Assembly (NCBI RefSeq): GCF_009914755.1
Contig: NC_060932.1
Source of the DNA: the human T2T-CHM13v2.0 reference genome, Homo sapiens
Length of the DNA: 64,000 bases
Reading direction: 5' to 3' (one strand)
Shown: in pieces, positions 1 through 16,200 of the stretch
How the letters are laid out: the number at the start of each line of letters is the position of its first letter
Position numbering within the stretch: position 1 is the first letter of the stretch
The notes under the pieces: generated by a model
The model's database searches: none
What the model was told of the DNA's origin: nothing
The model's input: only the letters and a program-made list of their open reading frames with translations
Made by a program: the position numbers and the translations under genes

Positions 1-309
1 TGGTCTTTTGTAATTGGCCTCTTCCATTTAGCATGATGTTTTCAAGGTTTATCCATGTTGTAGCATGCACCAGGATTTTCTTTTTCTTGCTAGGTAATAT
101 TCCACTGTATTTATGTGCCATATTTTATTTGTCCATTCATAAGTTGATAGACATTTGGGTTGTATCCACTTTTGTTTGGGTCGTTATAAATAAAGGTGTT
201 ATGAACATTTTCATACAAGTCATAGAGTGATAGATTTTCATTTCTCTTGGATATATTACAGAGGATTGTAACTGCTGGGTCATGTAGTAACTCTATGTTT
301 AATCTTTTT

Positions 310-635
<326 letters not shown>

Positions 636-1713
636 TGACAAGCTTTTCCAAAGTGGCTGCCCTATTTTACATTTCCGCCAGTAGTGTATGAGGGTTCCAA
701 TTTCTCCACATCCTTGTCCACACTCATTATTGTCTGTCTTTTTAATTTTAGTCATCCTAGTGGGTGTGAAGGGCTATCTCATTATGACTGTGGTTTGTGT
801 TTCCTGATGGTTAATGATGTTGAGCATCTTTTCATGTGCTTATTGGCCATTTGCATATTTCCTTTGTCAAAATGCCTGTTCATATCCTTTGCCCACTTTA
901 TAACTAGGTTATGTCTTCTTATTATGTAGTTGTAAGAGTTCTTTACATATTTTCGATATATCCCGTTTGCAAAAATTTTCTCCCATTCTGTAGGTTGCTT
1001 TTTCATTTCCTTGAAATGTCTTTTGAAGCATAAAAGTTTTAAATTTTGATCAAATCCAGTTCACCTTTTTTTTTTTTTGGCTTCTTGTGATTTTGTTGTG
1101 ATATTATTGTCAAATCCAAGGTCATGAAGATTTAATCTTACATTACTCTTCTATGGGTTTTATAGTTACAGCTCATACATTAAAGTCTTTGATCCAATTT
1201 AAGTTTTGTATATGGTGAGCGGTAGAGGTCAAACTTCATTACTTTGCATGTGGCTATCCAATTATCCCAGCTCATTTGTTGAAAAGACTATACTCACCAC
1301 CCTTGTTGAAATTCAATTGCCTGTAAATATGAGGGTTTATTTCTGGACTCTTGATTTGCTACCATTGAACTATATATCTATACTTATAATACTACCACAT
1401 TGCCTTATTATATTTTTGTAGTATGCTTTGAAATCAGAGTCCTTCAACTTTGTTCTTCTTTATATTGGAAAAAGTATATATTCTGGGCCCCTGGCATTTC
1501 CATGTGAATTTTTGGATCAGCTTGTCAATTTCTGCAAAGAATTCAGCTAGAATTCTGATAGAGAGTCTATTGAATCTATAGATCGATTCAGAAGATATTA
1601 TTAACAATATTAACCTTTCAACACTCTTCAACAATATTTTGTAGTTTTCAGAATGTGTTTCACACTTATTTTGTTAAATTAATACATTTTTAGTGATATT
1701 ATAAATAGATTTT

Positions 1714-2027
<314 letters not shown>

Positions 2028-2780
2028 TCAGATTGTTCATTGCAAGCATATACAATTGAGTTTTGTATATGATCTTATAGCCTACAATGTCGTTTAGTAA
2101 TTTCAATAATATTTAGTGAATTCCTTTTAATTTCCTATATATATACAAGATCATGTCATCTGCAAATGGAGACAGTTTTACTTCTTTCTTTCCAATTTGA
2201 ACGTCTTTTATTTTATTTTCTTGCCTAATGGTCTTGGCTACAGCCTCCACCAAAATGCTGAGCAGAAATAGAGTGGACACTTTTTCTTTTTCTGAATCTT
2301 AGGAGGAAGTGCTTTTACTTTTTAACCATTAAGTACGATGCAAGCTATTGATTTTTCATAAATATTCTTTATCGGATCAACTAGTTCCCATGGATTTCTG
2401 GTTTCCTAGGTGTTTTTATTAGGAAAAAGTGCTGAATGTTCTTAAATATTTTACATCTATTGAAATGACCGTGTGTTTTTTGTTCTTCCGTTGATGTGGT
2501 ATATTACATTGATTAGTCTTGAGATGTTAAACAAACCTTGCATCCTACTTGGTCTTGATGTAGAATACATTTTATACATTGCCAGATTCAGTTTACAAGT
2601 ATTTTGTTGAGGATTTTTGCATTTCTATTTATAGGAGATATTGGCGGATGGTTCTGTGAAGTCTTTGTGTGTTTCTTTGTGTTAGGGAAATACTGGCCTC
2701 AAAGAATAAGTTGTGAAGTGTTCCCTCTTCTTGTATTTTTTTGGAAGAGTTTTTGAAGATTGGTCTTCATTCCTCTTTAA

Positions 2781-3016
2781 GAGCTTGTTTGGGGGTTCCA
2801 GCAGGGAAGCGCAGCTACTCCTATACCCTTGACGGAAGATCAGTCCTCCTCTATTGGGGATGGTCGTCCTCTTCCATCGAGCGTGCAGTATTTGGGAGGG
2901 ATGCACATGGAGCAGTGAGGGAGGAAGGGGATACCCGCTTAGCCAGCTAGATCAGCCGAATCAACCCTGGCGATTAATGGGGTAACAGATGTTGCAGCTA
3001 GATCACTCTCACATCC
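2781..3016 (-). pseudogene. RN7SKP: 7SK snRNA retropseudogene, 3'-truncated (about nt 1-236 of 7SK), no poly(A) tail
   Basis: Reverse complement reads GGATGTGAGAGTGATCTAGCTGCAACATCTG...GGGTTGATTCGGCTGATCT...GAAGAGGACGACCATCCCC...CCAAACAAGCTC, matching the 7SK 5' region; flanked by a degenerate 25-bp duplication. Confidence 0.93.
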
Positions 3017-3087
3017 AGGAATGGTTTTCATTACTCTTTAAAAAATGATTGCTAGATATCACCTGTAAAGTCATCTGGGACTGGGCA

Positions 3088-3088
3088 T

Positions 3089-3136
<48 letters not shown>
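3088..3136. repeat. (TG)n microsatellite
   Basis: Read directly. Confidence 0.95.
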
Positions 3137-3138
<2 letters not shown>

Positions 3139-3840
3139 TGTTTTGGTTGCTAATTCAATCTCATGTTATAGTCTATTCAGATTTCCATTTCTTTTGGGTC
3201 AGTTTAATAGTTTTGAGACAGTGGTGGTTCACATCTGTAATCCCAGCTACTCAGAAGAGTGAGGTGGGAGGATTGCTTGAGTTGAGGAGTTAGAGACCAG
3301 CCTGAGCAACATAGCAAGACTCCACCTGAAAAAAAAAAAGAAGTTTTGATAGTTTGTGTCTTTTAGGAATCTTCCATTTCTTTTAGGCTAATTCGTTGAC
3401 ATACAATTGTTCATAGTCTTTCCTTACGATTAATCCTTTTTACTTCTGTAACATTTGTAGAGATGTCTCCTCTTTTTATTTCTGATTTTAGTAACTGAAT
3501 TTTTTTAATTCCTTGGTCAATCTAGCTAAAGGTTTGAAAATTTTGTTGAACTTTTCAAAGAACCAACTTTTGATTTTGTTGATTTTCTCTATTGTTTTTC
3601 TATTTCCCATTTCATTAATTTCTACTCTAATCTTTATAATCTTTATTCTTGCCTTACTTACGCTTGACTTAGGTTTAGTTTTTCTTTTTTCTCCAATGTC
3701 TTAAGTTGGAAGGTTATTGAGATCTTTCTTCTTTTGAGGTGGACACTTACAGATATAAATTTTCATCTAGGCAATGTTTAGCTCTATCCCATAAGTTTTG
3801 GTATGTGAGCCTTCAGTTTCATTCACTTCACAGTATTTAA

Positions 3841-4278
<438 letters not shown>

Positions 4279-4431
4279 TAGAGAATATACTTCGTATAAT
4301 TTCAATCCTTATACATTTATTGAGGCTGTTTTATGGTCTAACATATAATCTATCCTGGAGAATGTTCCAAGTGCACTTGAGAAGAATACATATTCTGCTT
4401 TTGTTGGGTAGAGTGTTCTAAAGATGTCTGT

Positions 4432-4786
<355 letters not shown>

Positions 4787-5057
4787 TTATTACCTACTGA
4801 TCTTCTGCCCAGTGGTTCTATCCATTATTGGAAGTGGGTTATTTATAGCTCCAACTACTACTGTTGAATTGTCCTTTCAATTCCATCCATTTTTGCTTCA
4901 TGTATTTTGAAGTTCTATTGTTAGGTACATACATGTTTATAATTATTATATTTTCCTGATACATTAAAAAATGTACTAGAGATAAAGAGGGACCTTATAT
5001 ATCTAGTAACTTTTTGTCTATTTTAAAGCCTCTTTTGCTACAGGAGACAGAGTTTCA

Positions 5058-5460
<403 letters not shown>

Positions 5461-7455
5461 TTAAGCATTGTTTCTTTAGTTTTTAAAACATATTTATAAT
5501 GACTGCTTTGAGGTCTCCATCTGTTAAATTTGACATCTAGACACCCTCACAGGCAGTCTTGTTGCCTGCTTTTTTCCCATATATGAGTTATTTTTGTTTG
5601 TTTCTTTGCCTTTTTTTCTTTTAATAAACAGTACATTTTAGGTAATACACAGCAGCAATTCTGAATACTGATTTTTCCCCCTTTTTTTTTTTTTTTTTTT
5701 TTTTTGCTTGTTTGTTTGGTGACTTGGTTACACTATTTTAATAAAATCTAATTTTCCCCGTATGGGATGACACCCTAGGATAAAAGTGGGCTTAGCAGAG
5801 CTCTCTTTGACTATCTCTTTCCCTGATTCTGTTTAGTTGTCTATCCCTATTACATCACACCCAGCTGTTAGGCTCCACTAATTGACTGCTGATTGTTCTA
5901 ATCTTTCCATCAATGCCCTGGGACATAAATTGTGACACAGTTTGATCTAATTAAATTCAAGCAAAATTTTTTATTTTTTCTTCCCTCATTTCAGGAGGGC
6001 TCTTAGTAGCTATCTCTTTTTCTGGTTCTCTCCCATAAATATGGCCTATAGTTTAGATTGTTCTCATAGAGCTACCAGACCCCTCTTAATCTCCTCTCAC
6101 CAAATCACCATTGTTTTAGAGGGAGCCCTTAGGCTTGAACTTCCCCTTTTTCAAATAAAGCCAACTCCTTTGGGAGAGAGCATTAGTACTCTCTGTTCTT
6201 TATGACTACCTCTCCTACCTTGAACAAAATCACGGAGCCATTGATCCAGGTGCTGAACAGTAACAAGTGGCCTGCCTCCCTTGGAATGACACCTCTGCTT
6301 TACAAGCAGAGTCCTGGATGGGGTGGGGGAAATAGCCCCTGAGCTATGAGTGGGGGCTGGATTGAGGAAGCGAGCTCCCAGTCTCTTGGCTGCACTACTC
6401 AGGAGATGGTGAACCTGTGTCAACTGAAGTTAGAGGAGATTAAAAATGCTCTTGACCTGCCCCTCCTTGTGAGATACTATATCTCTTGACTGGAAACCAA
6501 TCAAGTGATATAGTGTCTTTTTTGGCCACATTTGCCTGGAGTGGAGCTTCCATCAAACTCAGCTGGTGGGAGAGGGAGGGAGAGAGCAGGTCATGGTTCA
6601 AATGTCACTGACTCTTGCTGTTTTACATATTTAGTAGATTTTGTTGAATAAATATTGCTTCATTTGCTGTATGTTCTTAGAACAATTTTCAGAGGCTTTA
6701 AATTGTTGTGTTTGTATAATGTTTACCAGCATGGTTGTTTCACTGGAGAATGGGTCTGTAGATCTCTTTATACCTTTCCAGAAGTCTTAGTCCCTTCTTA
6801 AAAATTGAATTCCATAAGTTAACATTATAATTGCTAGTTTTTGTTGTCATTGTTGACTGTTTCATTTTTAAGTTGTAACAATAGCCAGTAAGGCGGAGTG
6901 ACATTATTTCTTCCTGATCAAGTTGACTTGACTCCTTTCAAATAAATAAATTTATATGCAAATATAAAAACAGAATGGGGAGAGGAAACCAGATGGGAGA
7001 GACATTTTATAAGTTGTCAAGGTAAGAGTATACATTTTCTTTCTTTTTGGTTTTAAAAGGCAACCACTGGCCTGGCGCAGTGACTCATGCCTGTAATCCC
7101 AGCACTTTGGAGGCCTAGGTGGGTGGATTGCTTGAGCCCAGGGATTCGAGACAAACCTGGGCAACATAGTTAGACCCTGTCTCTACCAAAAAAACAAACA
7201 AAAAAAAAGGGCAACCACCAAGACTCAAAGTGAATTTACATTTTATAATGAGAAGCAAGCATGTAGGTACTAGCTACCAAGCTGAGATACCTGAGTTTTT
7301 ATTTTGACCCAGCTATATTTGAATATGGGTAAGGTATCATAAATTCACATTTGAGTTACTGGACCTATCACATGAGGATCTTATTTTCAACTTGTCTTCA
7401 TTCAACAGAACCACTTTTGGTAGTATACATACGAATCCGCAAAAACAATTAATTG

Positions 7456-8115
<660 letters not shown>

Positions 8116-8357
8116 TTATTGTTATAACAGCTAACATTTATCAAGTGCTTTGCCAATCCCTTTTAATATTTTTGAATGTATTATTTAAATTAATTCTAAC
8201 AATACTACTATGAGGCAATTCAGATGATTTTCTCCATCTCACAGATAAAGAAATGGGCATTGAGAGGTAAGCTATTTGTCCAATGTCACACAGTTCTTTA
8301 GTCAGTGGTGGAGGCCAGATTTGAACCCGAGTTACTCTCGTTTCCAGAGCTTTCACC

Positions 8358-8825
8358 TATGAAAGGAAAATAAATCTTGGCGCCCCAAATCACTAAGCTA
8401 AGATCAAGCTGGGAACTGCTTAGGGCAAAACCTGCCTCCTATTCTATTCAAAGTCACCTCTCTGCTCACTGAGATAAAGGCATATCTGATTGCCTCCCTT
8501 GGAGAGGCTAATCAGAAACTCAAAAGAATGCAACCATTTGTCTCTTCTCTACCCATGACCTGGAAGCCCCTTTCCCACTTAGCTTGAGTTCTCCTGCCTT
8601 TGCTTCGAGTTGTCCTGCCTTTCCAGACTGAACCAATTTCCATCTTAATATGTTGATTGATGTCTCATGTCTCCCTAAAATGTATAAAACCAAATTGTGC
8701 TCTGACCTCCTTAGGCACATGTCGTAAGGACCTCCTGAGGCTGTATCACGGGTGCATGTCCTCAACCTTGGCAAAATAAACTTTCTAAATTAATTGAGAC
8801 CTATCTCAGATATTTAGGGTTCACA
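8358..8825 (+). mobile_element. Solo LTR, ERV1 class, MER4A-like
   Basis: Starts TATGAAAGGAAAATAAATCTTGG, ends GGGTTCACA; internal TATAAAA and AATAAA; 4-bp TSD CACC at 8354-8357 and 8826-8829. Confidence 0.8.
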
Positions 8826-9330
8826 CACCGAACTTCTGATCTACGCTAATACGTAACAAAATTTTAGCATCCTCATAAAAAATGCATACAGTAACCTCCT
8901 AAGGGTGATGCTTAGAAAATTTTCTTTATTTAAGAGAATTACTCATTTACTCACTCAGCAAACATACTGAGCACCTACTATAGCCATTAAGCTGGATTGT
9001 TTAAGCATGGACAGCTCTGGTTTGCATCTCATTGTTTCCCATGGGAAACACATTGTTAAGCACTAACACAAAGCTGTGACTGTGGGAAAGGTCTTAACAG
9101 TTTAATAAGCATGTACCACATGCCAGACATCATGCTAATGCCAAAGTGCTTTATAGAAGTAATTTCATTTCATCCTACCAAACAACACAAGGTAAGTGGT
9201 TAATAATGCAGGATCTGAAGTCAGCCTTGTGGGGCTGACATCCAATTCCATCACTGACCTGCTGTGTCAATCAGACAAATTATTTAAAATCTCTGGGCCT
9301 CAGTTTCTTCATCTGGCGATGGGTAATTCC

Positions 9331-10333
9331 TGTAGCAGCTAGGAATGTGTTCAGCTACAAGTAAACGAACACCTGGCCAAAGTGTCAAAGGTGTGTGAAC
9401 CATCTTGAATAGGAGCTGGGTAAAATGAGGCTGAGTCCTACTGGGCTGCATTCCCAGATGGTTAAGGCACTCTAAGCCACAGGATGAGACAGGAGGTCAG
9501 CAAAAGATACAGGTCACCAAGATCTTGCTGATAAAACAGGTCACGGTAAAGAAGCTGGCCAAAACCCACCAAAACCAAGGACCAGAGAGTGACCTCTGGT
9601 TGACCCCACTGCTACACTCCCACCAGCGCCATGACAGTTTACAAATGCCATGGCAACATCAGGAAGTTACCCTATATTGTCTAAAAAGGGGAGGCATGAA
9701 TAGTCCACCCCTTGTTTAGCATATAATCAAGAAATAACCATAAAACCGAGCAACCAGCAGCCCTCAGGGCTGCTCTCTCTATGGAGTAGCCATTCTTTTA
9801 TTCCTTTACTTTCTTAATAAACTTGCTTTCACTTTATGGACGCACCCTGAATTCTTTCTTGCATGAGGTCCAAGAACCCTCTCTGGGGGTCTGGATTGGG
9901 ACCCCTTTCCTGTAACAATAGTGGTGTAAACAAATAAGAGTTTATTTTTCTTACATAATCAAAATTCTGGAGAATAGTGACTGTAAATGTTGGTTTAGCA
10001 TTTCAACAGTGTCAGGGATGGTATCTATGATTCCTTCTGCCCTTTCTTTGGGAGCACAAGATAGCAGATGCATCTCGGGCATCATGTCAGTGTTTAGGGC
10101 AGCAAGAGGAGCAGAATTGCTTACCAGGCTCCAGGAGCCCTCTTTTGATTGGGAAAGTCAAGGCAGAACCCCAGCAGATTTCTGCTTATGTCTCCATAGC
10201 CAGTACTATCATATACAGCCACCCAAACTGGAAGTATGTAGGAGCCACATTTTACCCACACAAAATTGGGGTTCTGTAAGCAAGGGAGGGAAGAATGAAT
10301 ATTGTTGGTAAGCATCTAAACAGTGTCTCCTAC
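9331..10333 (-). mobile_element. MLT1-type MaLR LTR split by the MER41 insertion
   Basis: Flanks tgtagcagctaggaatgtgttcagctacaagtaaac and aaacaaataagagtttatttttcttacataa...cagcagatttctgcttatgtctc resemble the reverse complement of MLT1. Confidence 0.55.
9383..9917 (+). mobile_element. Solo LTR, MER41A-like (ERV1)
   Basis: TGTCA...TAACA termini; characteristic GCCATGACAGTTTACAAATGCCATGGCAAC; lacks the GAS-containing segment after AAAAGGGGAGG; imperfect 4-bp TSD aaag/atag. Confidence 0.85.
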
Positions 10334-13300
10334 GTTACCTCATGGCATTGTGAGAATTGACAGCATTCATGCCAGGCTTTTAACACAGATCATGTCCTCA
10401 TCCACTGCCAATAAATATTAGCTCTTTTCTTCTGCAAATGAAGAGGTTAAACAACTTACCCTGAATCACGTGGTTTCTATTCAAGAAAGACAAGAGTCAA
10501 AGGCAGTCCTGTGGACTCTAAAACCAAATTAGATAATATAAAATTAATAATATAAAAATTCATTAGGACCTCTGGGTAGAGGCTGTTAAAGGGTTCCATT
10601 GTTCCTGAGTTCCTCTTTTTACACTTTACTTAAGATTCACACATTTTTTCCTTCATAAATATACTAAAGTATGGCTCAGCTGGAGCCCCTGCAGCTGAAT
10701 TAGGGCAATAAGAAGTGGACAAATGGCCAACTCTGGGGCTAAGTCTTCTGAATCACCAGGCAAAAAAAAAAAATCTGTATTTAAGAGAAAACTGTATTTA
10801 ACAGAAAAATAGCCATGAAGCACAATCGTTCAATTAATCATGAAAATGGAATATTGACCTTTCAGGACAATACTTGGCTCCTCTCAGACTGGAAAATAAC
10901 TGAATGATAATCAAAACCTGATGTGTGAACTGTCCCTTCAAAGCAAGATATTCTAAAGATGTTAGAAGCTTTTGCCAGAAAAATAGACATCTCTACTTTT
11001 CACTTAAAAAAACTTACCATTACTAATGAAAACCACAACATTTAGAGAATGATGCCTCCCTTCATGCCCACCACTGCATGAAAGGACTTAGCTCCGCATT
11101 TGCAAGGTGTGAGAAACATGTGAGTTGGTGACTTCATATAGAATAACTCTATGGATATCATTACTGTGTACAGAGGTGTCTGGAGAGCAGATTTTTAATC
11201 AATGCCAGGAAAAGCCTGTATTACATTAATAGAAAATGTAGAACACAGGGTTCCAAGTCTGTTTGCTCAACCATACAATGAGCAGAGTATTACTGATTTT
11301 ACTCATTTTCTTGGGGTCTCCACTAATTCCTGGCTTCTAAAAAAAGAAAGTATTTTTCTTGTCCAAGATTATCACTCCAGTAATATGGTTGTGGTCATAA
11401 CTTTACCACCAACCCCTTCCATGAGCTGTTTTTGCTTTACCTTTGGCCTCCAGAAAATCTTATTATTTTCTGTCTTCCATGCTCAACCATACAATGGGCA
11501 GAGTATTACTTCTTCCCAGAGGGTAAAAAAAAACAGAAGATAAGCTCCATGAAGACATCAGCTATGTCTACAAAGCCTGATAGCATTAGTTGCTAGACTT
11601 GGGCAATTTGAAGATGATCAACTTTGTAGCTGGGCGTGGTGGCAGATGCCTGTAATCCCAGCTACTTGGGAGGCTAAGGCAGGAGAATTTACTTAAACCT
11701 GGGAGGCGGAGGTTGCGGTGAACTGAGACTGAGCCATTGCACTTCAGCCTGGGTGACAGAGGGAGACTCCATCTCAAAAATATTTAAAAAAATAAAATCA
11801 ATATGATCAACTTTGACCTTGCCAAGTAGGAACATTAAAGTCATAATGTATGTCAAGATACATACATCATCATAATGACCAACCATCCAACCACCTACCA
11901 CTGACATAACTTCATAAAAGGACTTCTTAACACCAAGCAAGGAGGATGAAATATTTTTCAAGGTAAACAGCACTATTTAAGTGGAATGAGTTTTATCAAA
12001 ATCTCACTCCCTTATCCTAATTTTTCTCATTTGGTATGGACAGATTAGCACCTGGGATTCACAGGGTCAGTCTTGGCATTGTTCTCTGAGTCCTGGATTC
12101 ACTTTCTGGGCACTGGATTTCAAGGACAAGAAGGTTCTCTGGTATAGGATTGCAGGCAGGATCCAAGAGTTTCAAGAGGTGTGCAATGAAAAATCTTCAC
12201 TAGAAATTCTAGAGCATATTTATAATTGGAGCAGAGAACTTGGCAAGGCTTCCCTCTTCATCCCTCATGGTTTTGTTTGAAGTCTCTCATTCCTTACGAT
12301 CAGTTTAAGATTAGACTACAGATTCAAGTTCCCATGATTGCCACTTACGTATACATCTTAACTCTACTACTAGAACCTAGCCTCCTTGCAGGCAGGGGCT
12401 ATATTCTCCACAGGATCTGCCACTCAGCAGGCATTTAGGGTGTGAGCCTTGATGACTCTGGAGTCTGTAAAAGTTCTAAAAGCCACTCAGCAGCAGATGA
12501 ACATCATTGTGAATTGATCCTGGGGGGAAAATGGACCTGTCCAAAGAGGTAAGAAAAAACGGTTTACAGTTAATTGGAAGTGTTCATGTTCATATATCTA
12601 ACTACACAGTACCTTGTGCCTATGCTCAGAGTATAGGAAGGTGGTCTGCAGCTAAAATATGTCTTTTAACAAAACTCAAATAAAAACAATCAAGGCTGTC
12701 TATATTGAAGTCCTGAAATAAGGACTTTATAACCTAGATTTTCTTATGCAACATGTAGTCTTGTCTATGTACTTACTACCTAGTGTCAAAGGAATAATCA
12801 CAAGAGTTTGGCAACTAGCAAGAAACTTTAAGACAATCTTGTTTTATATTTTTCAAGGAAACTGGCTCTAGTGAGGCTGAGTAATCTATTCAGGACACAG
12901 CACTGAGTGCTCACGGACTTGGGCATAGAACACAGGTTTCCTGTTTTCCAGAGCCATGATCTCTCCACAACATTGTTTACTCCTCTGGCTGATAAAAGTC
13001 ACCTTCTGCTTTCATATTCAGTTCAAAAGTGCAAACAGTGACTGGCAGTGGCACCAGATGGTGAAGACAGAATAAACATCATAAACAGGCTAATGACATG
13101 ACCCCTGTCCTCGGTGACTCATAATTGAATGGAAAAGAGCACTCACACATTCAAGTAACATGTTTTGGGGTAAAAGTTTATCTTGAGAAATAATAACATT
13201 TTTTCAACCTTTTTGATCTACCCAATTTGCTGAGCCTTTTGCTCTTTTTTTCTACTGTATTCTTAATATCTAATATGCATATTACATAGAATATCTGGTA

Positions 13301-14821
13301 TAGGCAACTAGATATCCTTGTTCAAAAATCAAAAAAGGCCTCTAGAGGCTGCTCTTCAATGTTTGAGAGAAGGAAAATAAAATATTTTATCAAATTGTCT
13401 GCTGTACAAAACCCTGCTTATCAGCTTATACACTAGCATGCAAACTTATAGTTATCACACCAAACAAGATAAGGATGTCACTCAAGTCAATACACATCAG
13501 TGTTAATCTAATGTTCCAAACAAATATCATGGTAAAAGCACTGAAAGACACACTATGGTGAATACTATGAGAGTTATACATACAGTGAAAAAGGAGTGAG
13601 AGGGTTAATTCTGAGTGGTACGATCCTTGAGGAAAGGGACTGTATGTTTTATTGAATATTTTATCATTTTCCTAGAACATGGAAAAACAGTGGGCATTCC
13701 AAAATATCATATGCATGAGTGGAGGGAATGAAGGAAGGAAAAATGGGAGCCGGGAAGGAGGAAAAAGAGAGGGATGGAGGGAGGAAGAAATGATGGCTGG
13801 TTGGTTAGAAGCTGAAAAACTCATGTGTCAGAGCAGGTATTTGAGTGGTCTCTAGGCAAAGCATGACGCTGAGAGTGGAGAAAGTATTCTAGGCAGAGAC
13901 TGGGCTCTTTCTTATTTATGGCCACTCAGGGAATGCACTGTGCTACTCTAGAGGGGCCTGTTTATATATAGACTCCAGCAGCCCCGAGGAGGGGAAAGAC
14001 TAGAAAAATTACTGCATAGTGGTAGATGTCTTCTTCTAAATCTATTTACAGTTCATCAATTATGATTAATTTGGCTAAGTTTTTCTTCAAGATAATTTAG
14101 GTGGAGGTAGTGGTAGAAATAGGAGGCAGTATGCTGTTTTAGAAATGACAGACCTGGGTTAAAATTTTGGCCTTTCCACTTAGCTGTGCAACTTCAAGCT
14201 CCTTGAGGACAAAATCTGCCTACCTTGTTCTGAATTTATCTCAGTATCATGCACATAGAATGTACTCAATAAATATTGGGTGATAAATTTTAATCACATA
14301 TGGTGCACTTGAGAGTTTTCTTGTCTGTAAAATGAGGATGCTGGCACTCATTTGACCTGGTACAATAAGCATATGAGAATATGGTGTGAAGCGTGTAGCA
14401 CAGCACAGGCACACGGTGAATGCTTGTGAATCAAAGCTATTATTAGAAACAGAAGGACTTTGTTTTTTGGAATGAAAATGTTTAATCCAATTTTATAACA
14501 GTATAATCCTCTGTATTAAAAGCTGAGGGACAGTAATGAGAGTCGGAAGGGAATGTGGTTAGCCCGGTATTTCTCAACTTGAGCAGTACCCATCACTAGG
14601 AGGGGCATTTGAAGACAGGTGAGGAGTTTATGGTTGTCTAATCACTGGACATGTTAATGATGATTGGTGGGCAGGGACCAGACCAGAGATGTTAATTGTC
14701 CAGTAAAGTGTGGGACAGTTCTACACAAAATACCTAAGCCAGTTTCCTTGAAAAATATAAAATGAGATTGTCTTAAGGCAATTTAAAATGCCCAATTGTG
14801 CTCTCATTGAAAAGCACAACA

Positions 14822-15125
<304 letters not shown>

Positions 15126-15829
15126 AAGGACAGCATTGTCTTAGAAGTCATGACATCATGACATCTATTAGTTTCCTGCCATCTTTCACTTTAACACAAA
15201 CATACAAAACTGCAAGGCTGTTAGAAAAGTACTTGCACAAGAAACTACATTTACCTCCATTCTGTTGTCTCACATACATGAACAGATAGATATCAGGTCT
15301 TATCTTGTTCAATAAAATCAAGTAAAATGCAATTTTTATAAATGCATAAAATTTTTTAAGTTCTAATGAAAATGGTGCAGAAAATGTGGCACTATATGCA
15401 GAAAATATGTTTGCAAAAACCATTACAAAGAATTTTACCTGATCACAGAAACAACCAAGACAATATTTTAAGGAAATCAAACAAAGCAACTTGAAGAACT
15501 ATTTTCATCCTTTCTGTATTGTCTCCTGGCCCTGTATTCCACATAGTAAACATCTGTGTTCCTATAAGATTTCCGTTCCCCTGCTGAGCAATAGTTCTGC
15601 TGGGCTTGCTAGAAGATTTGCTTATTCCTTTGCAAAGATGAAGACAGACAAATGATAAAATGGCAAAACACTGAAGAGGGAAATAAATACGTCAGGAATG
15701 TAAGGAAAAGGATTTAGAATAGTGACCTCCGAGAAGCATCCAGGAGACAAAGGGAGACTATAATAGAACCTCTGCTTTATTTCTGAAAATTGACACTGAG
15801 GTTCTCACCTGAATCATGCATCAGACTAT

Positions 15830-16176
15830 GTATTTCCCAGTATCAAGGGGTTGGTGACAGTGTTCTCACCCATTTTTTATTTTGCATATTGCAGTTTATA
15901 TGTGTCCAGCTAAATGAACTCAAAGATATCTGGTTTTTCTTTTTACTATTTACATTTTTTTCATTCATTTATTTACTTTAGGTATTTTCCAGTATCAAGG
16001 GGTTGGTGACAGTGGTGCTCTCACCCATTCCAGTATTTGGCATATTGCAGTTTATGTGTCTAGCTAAATAAACTTATAGATATCATCTGGATTTTAATAT
16101 TATTCCAGTATTTGGCATATTGCAGTTTATGTGTCTAGCTAAATAAACTTATAGATATCATCTGGGTTTTAATATT
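15830..16176. repeat. Nested tandem duplication (152-bp diverged unit, 75-bp near-perfect unit)
   Basis: gtattt(c/t)ccagtatcaaggggttggtgacagtg at 15830 and 15982; attccagtatttggcat...aatatt at 16027 and 16102. Confidence 0.9.
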
Positions 16177-16200
16177 TACATTTAATTAATGAATTAATTA

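Noticed and set aside
2682-2950. ORFs 2682..2906 and 2741..2950
   Set aside because: They overlap the 7SK retrocopy and L1 sequence; non-coding origin.
11202-11543. 113-aa ORF with a repeated AQPYN.QSIT peptide
   Set aside because: The peptide repeat only reflects the 31-bp DNA direct repeat at an in-frame spacing (216 bp); there is no other coding evidence.
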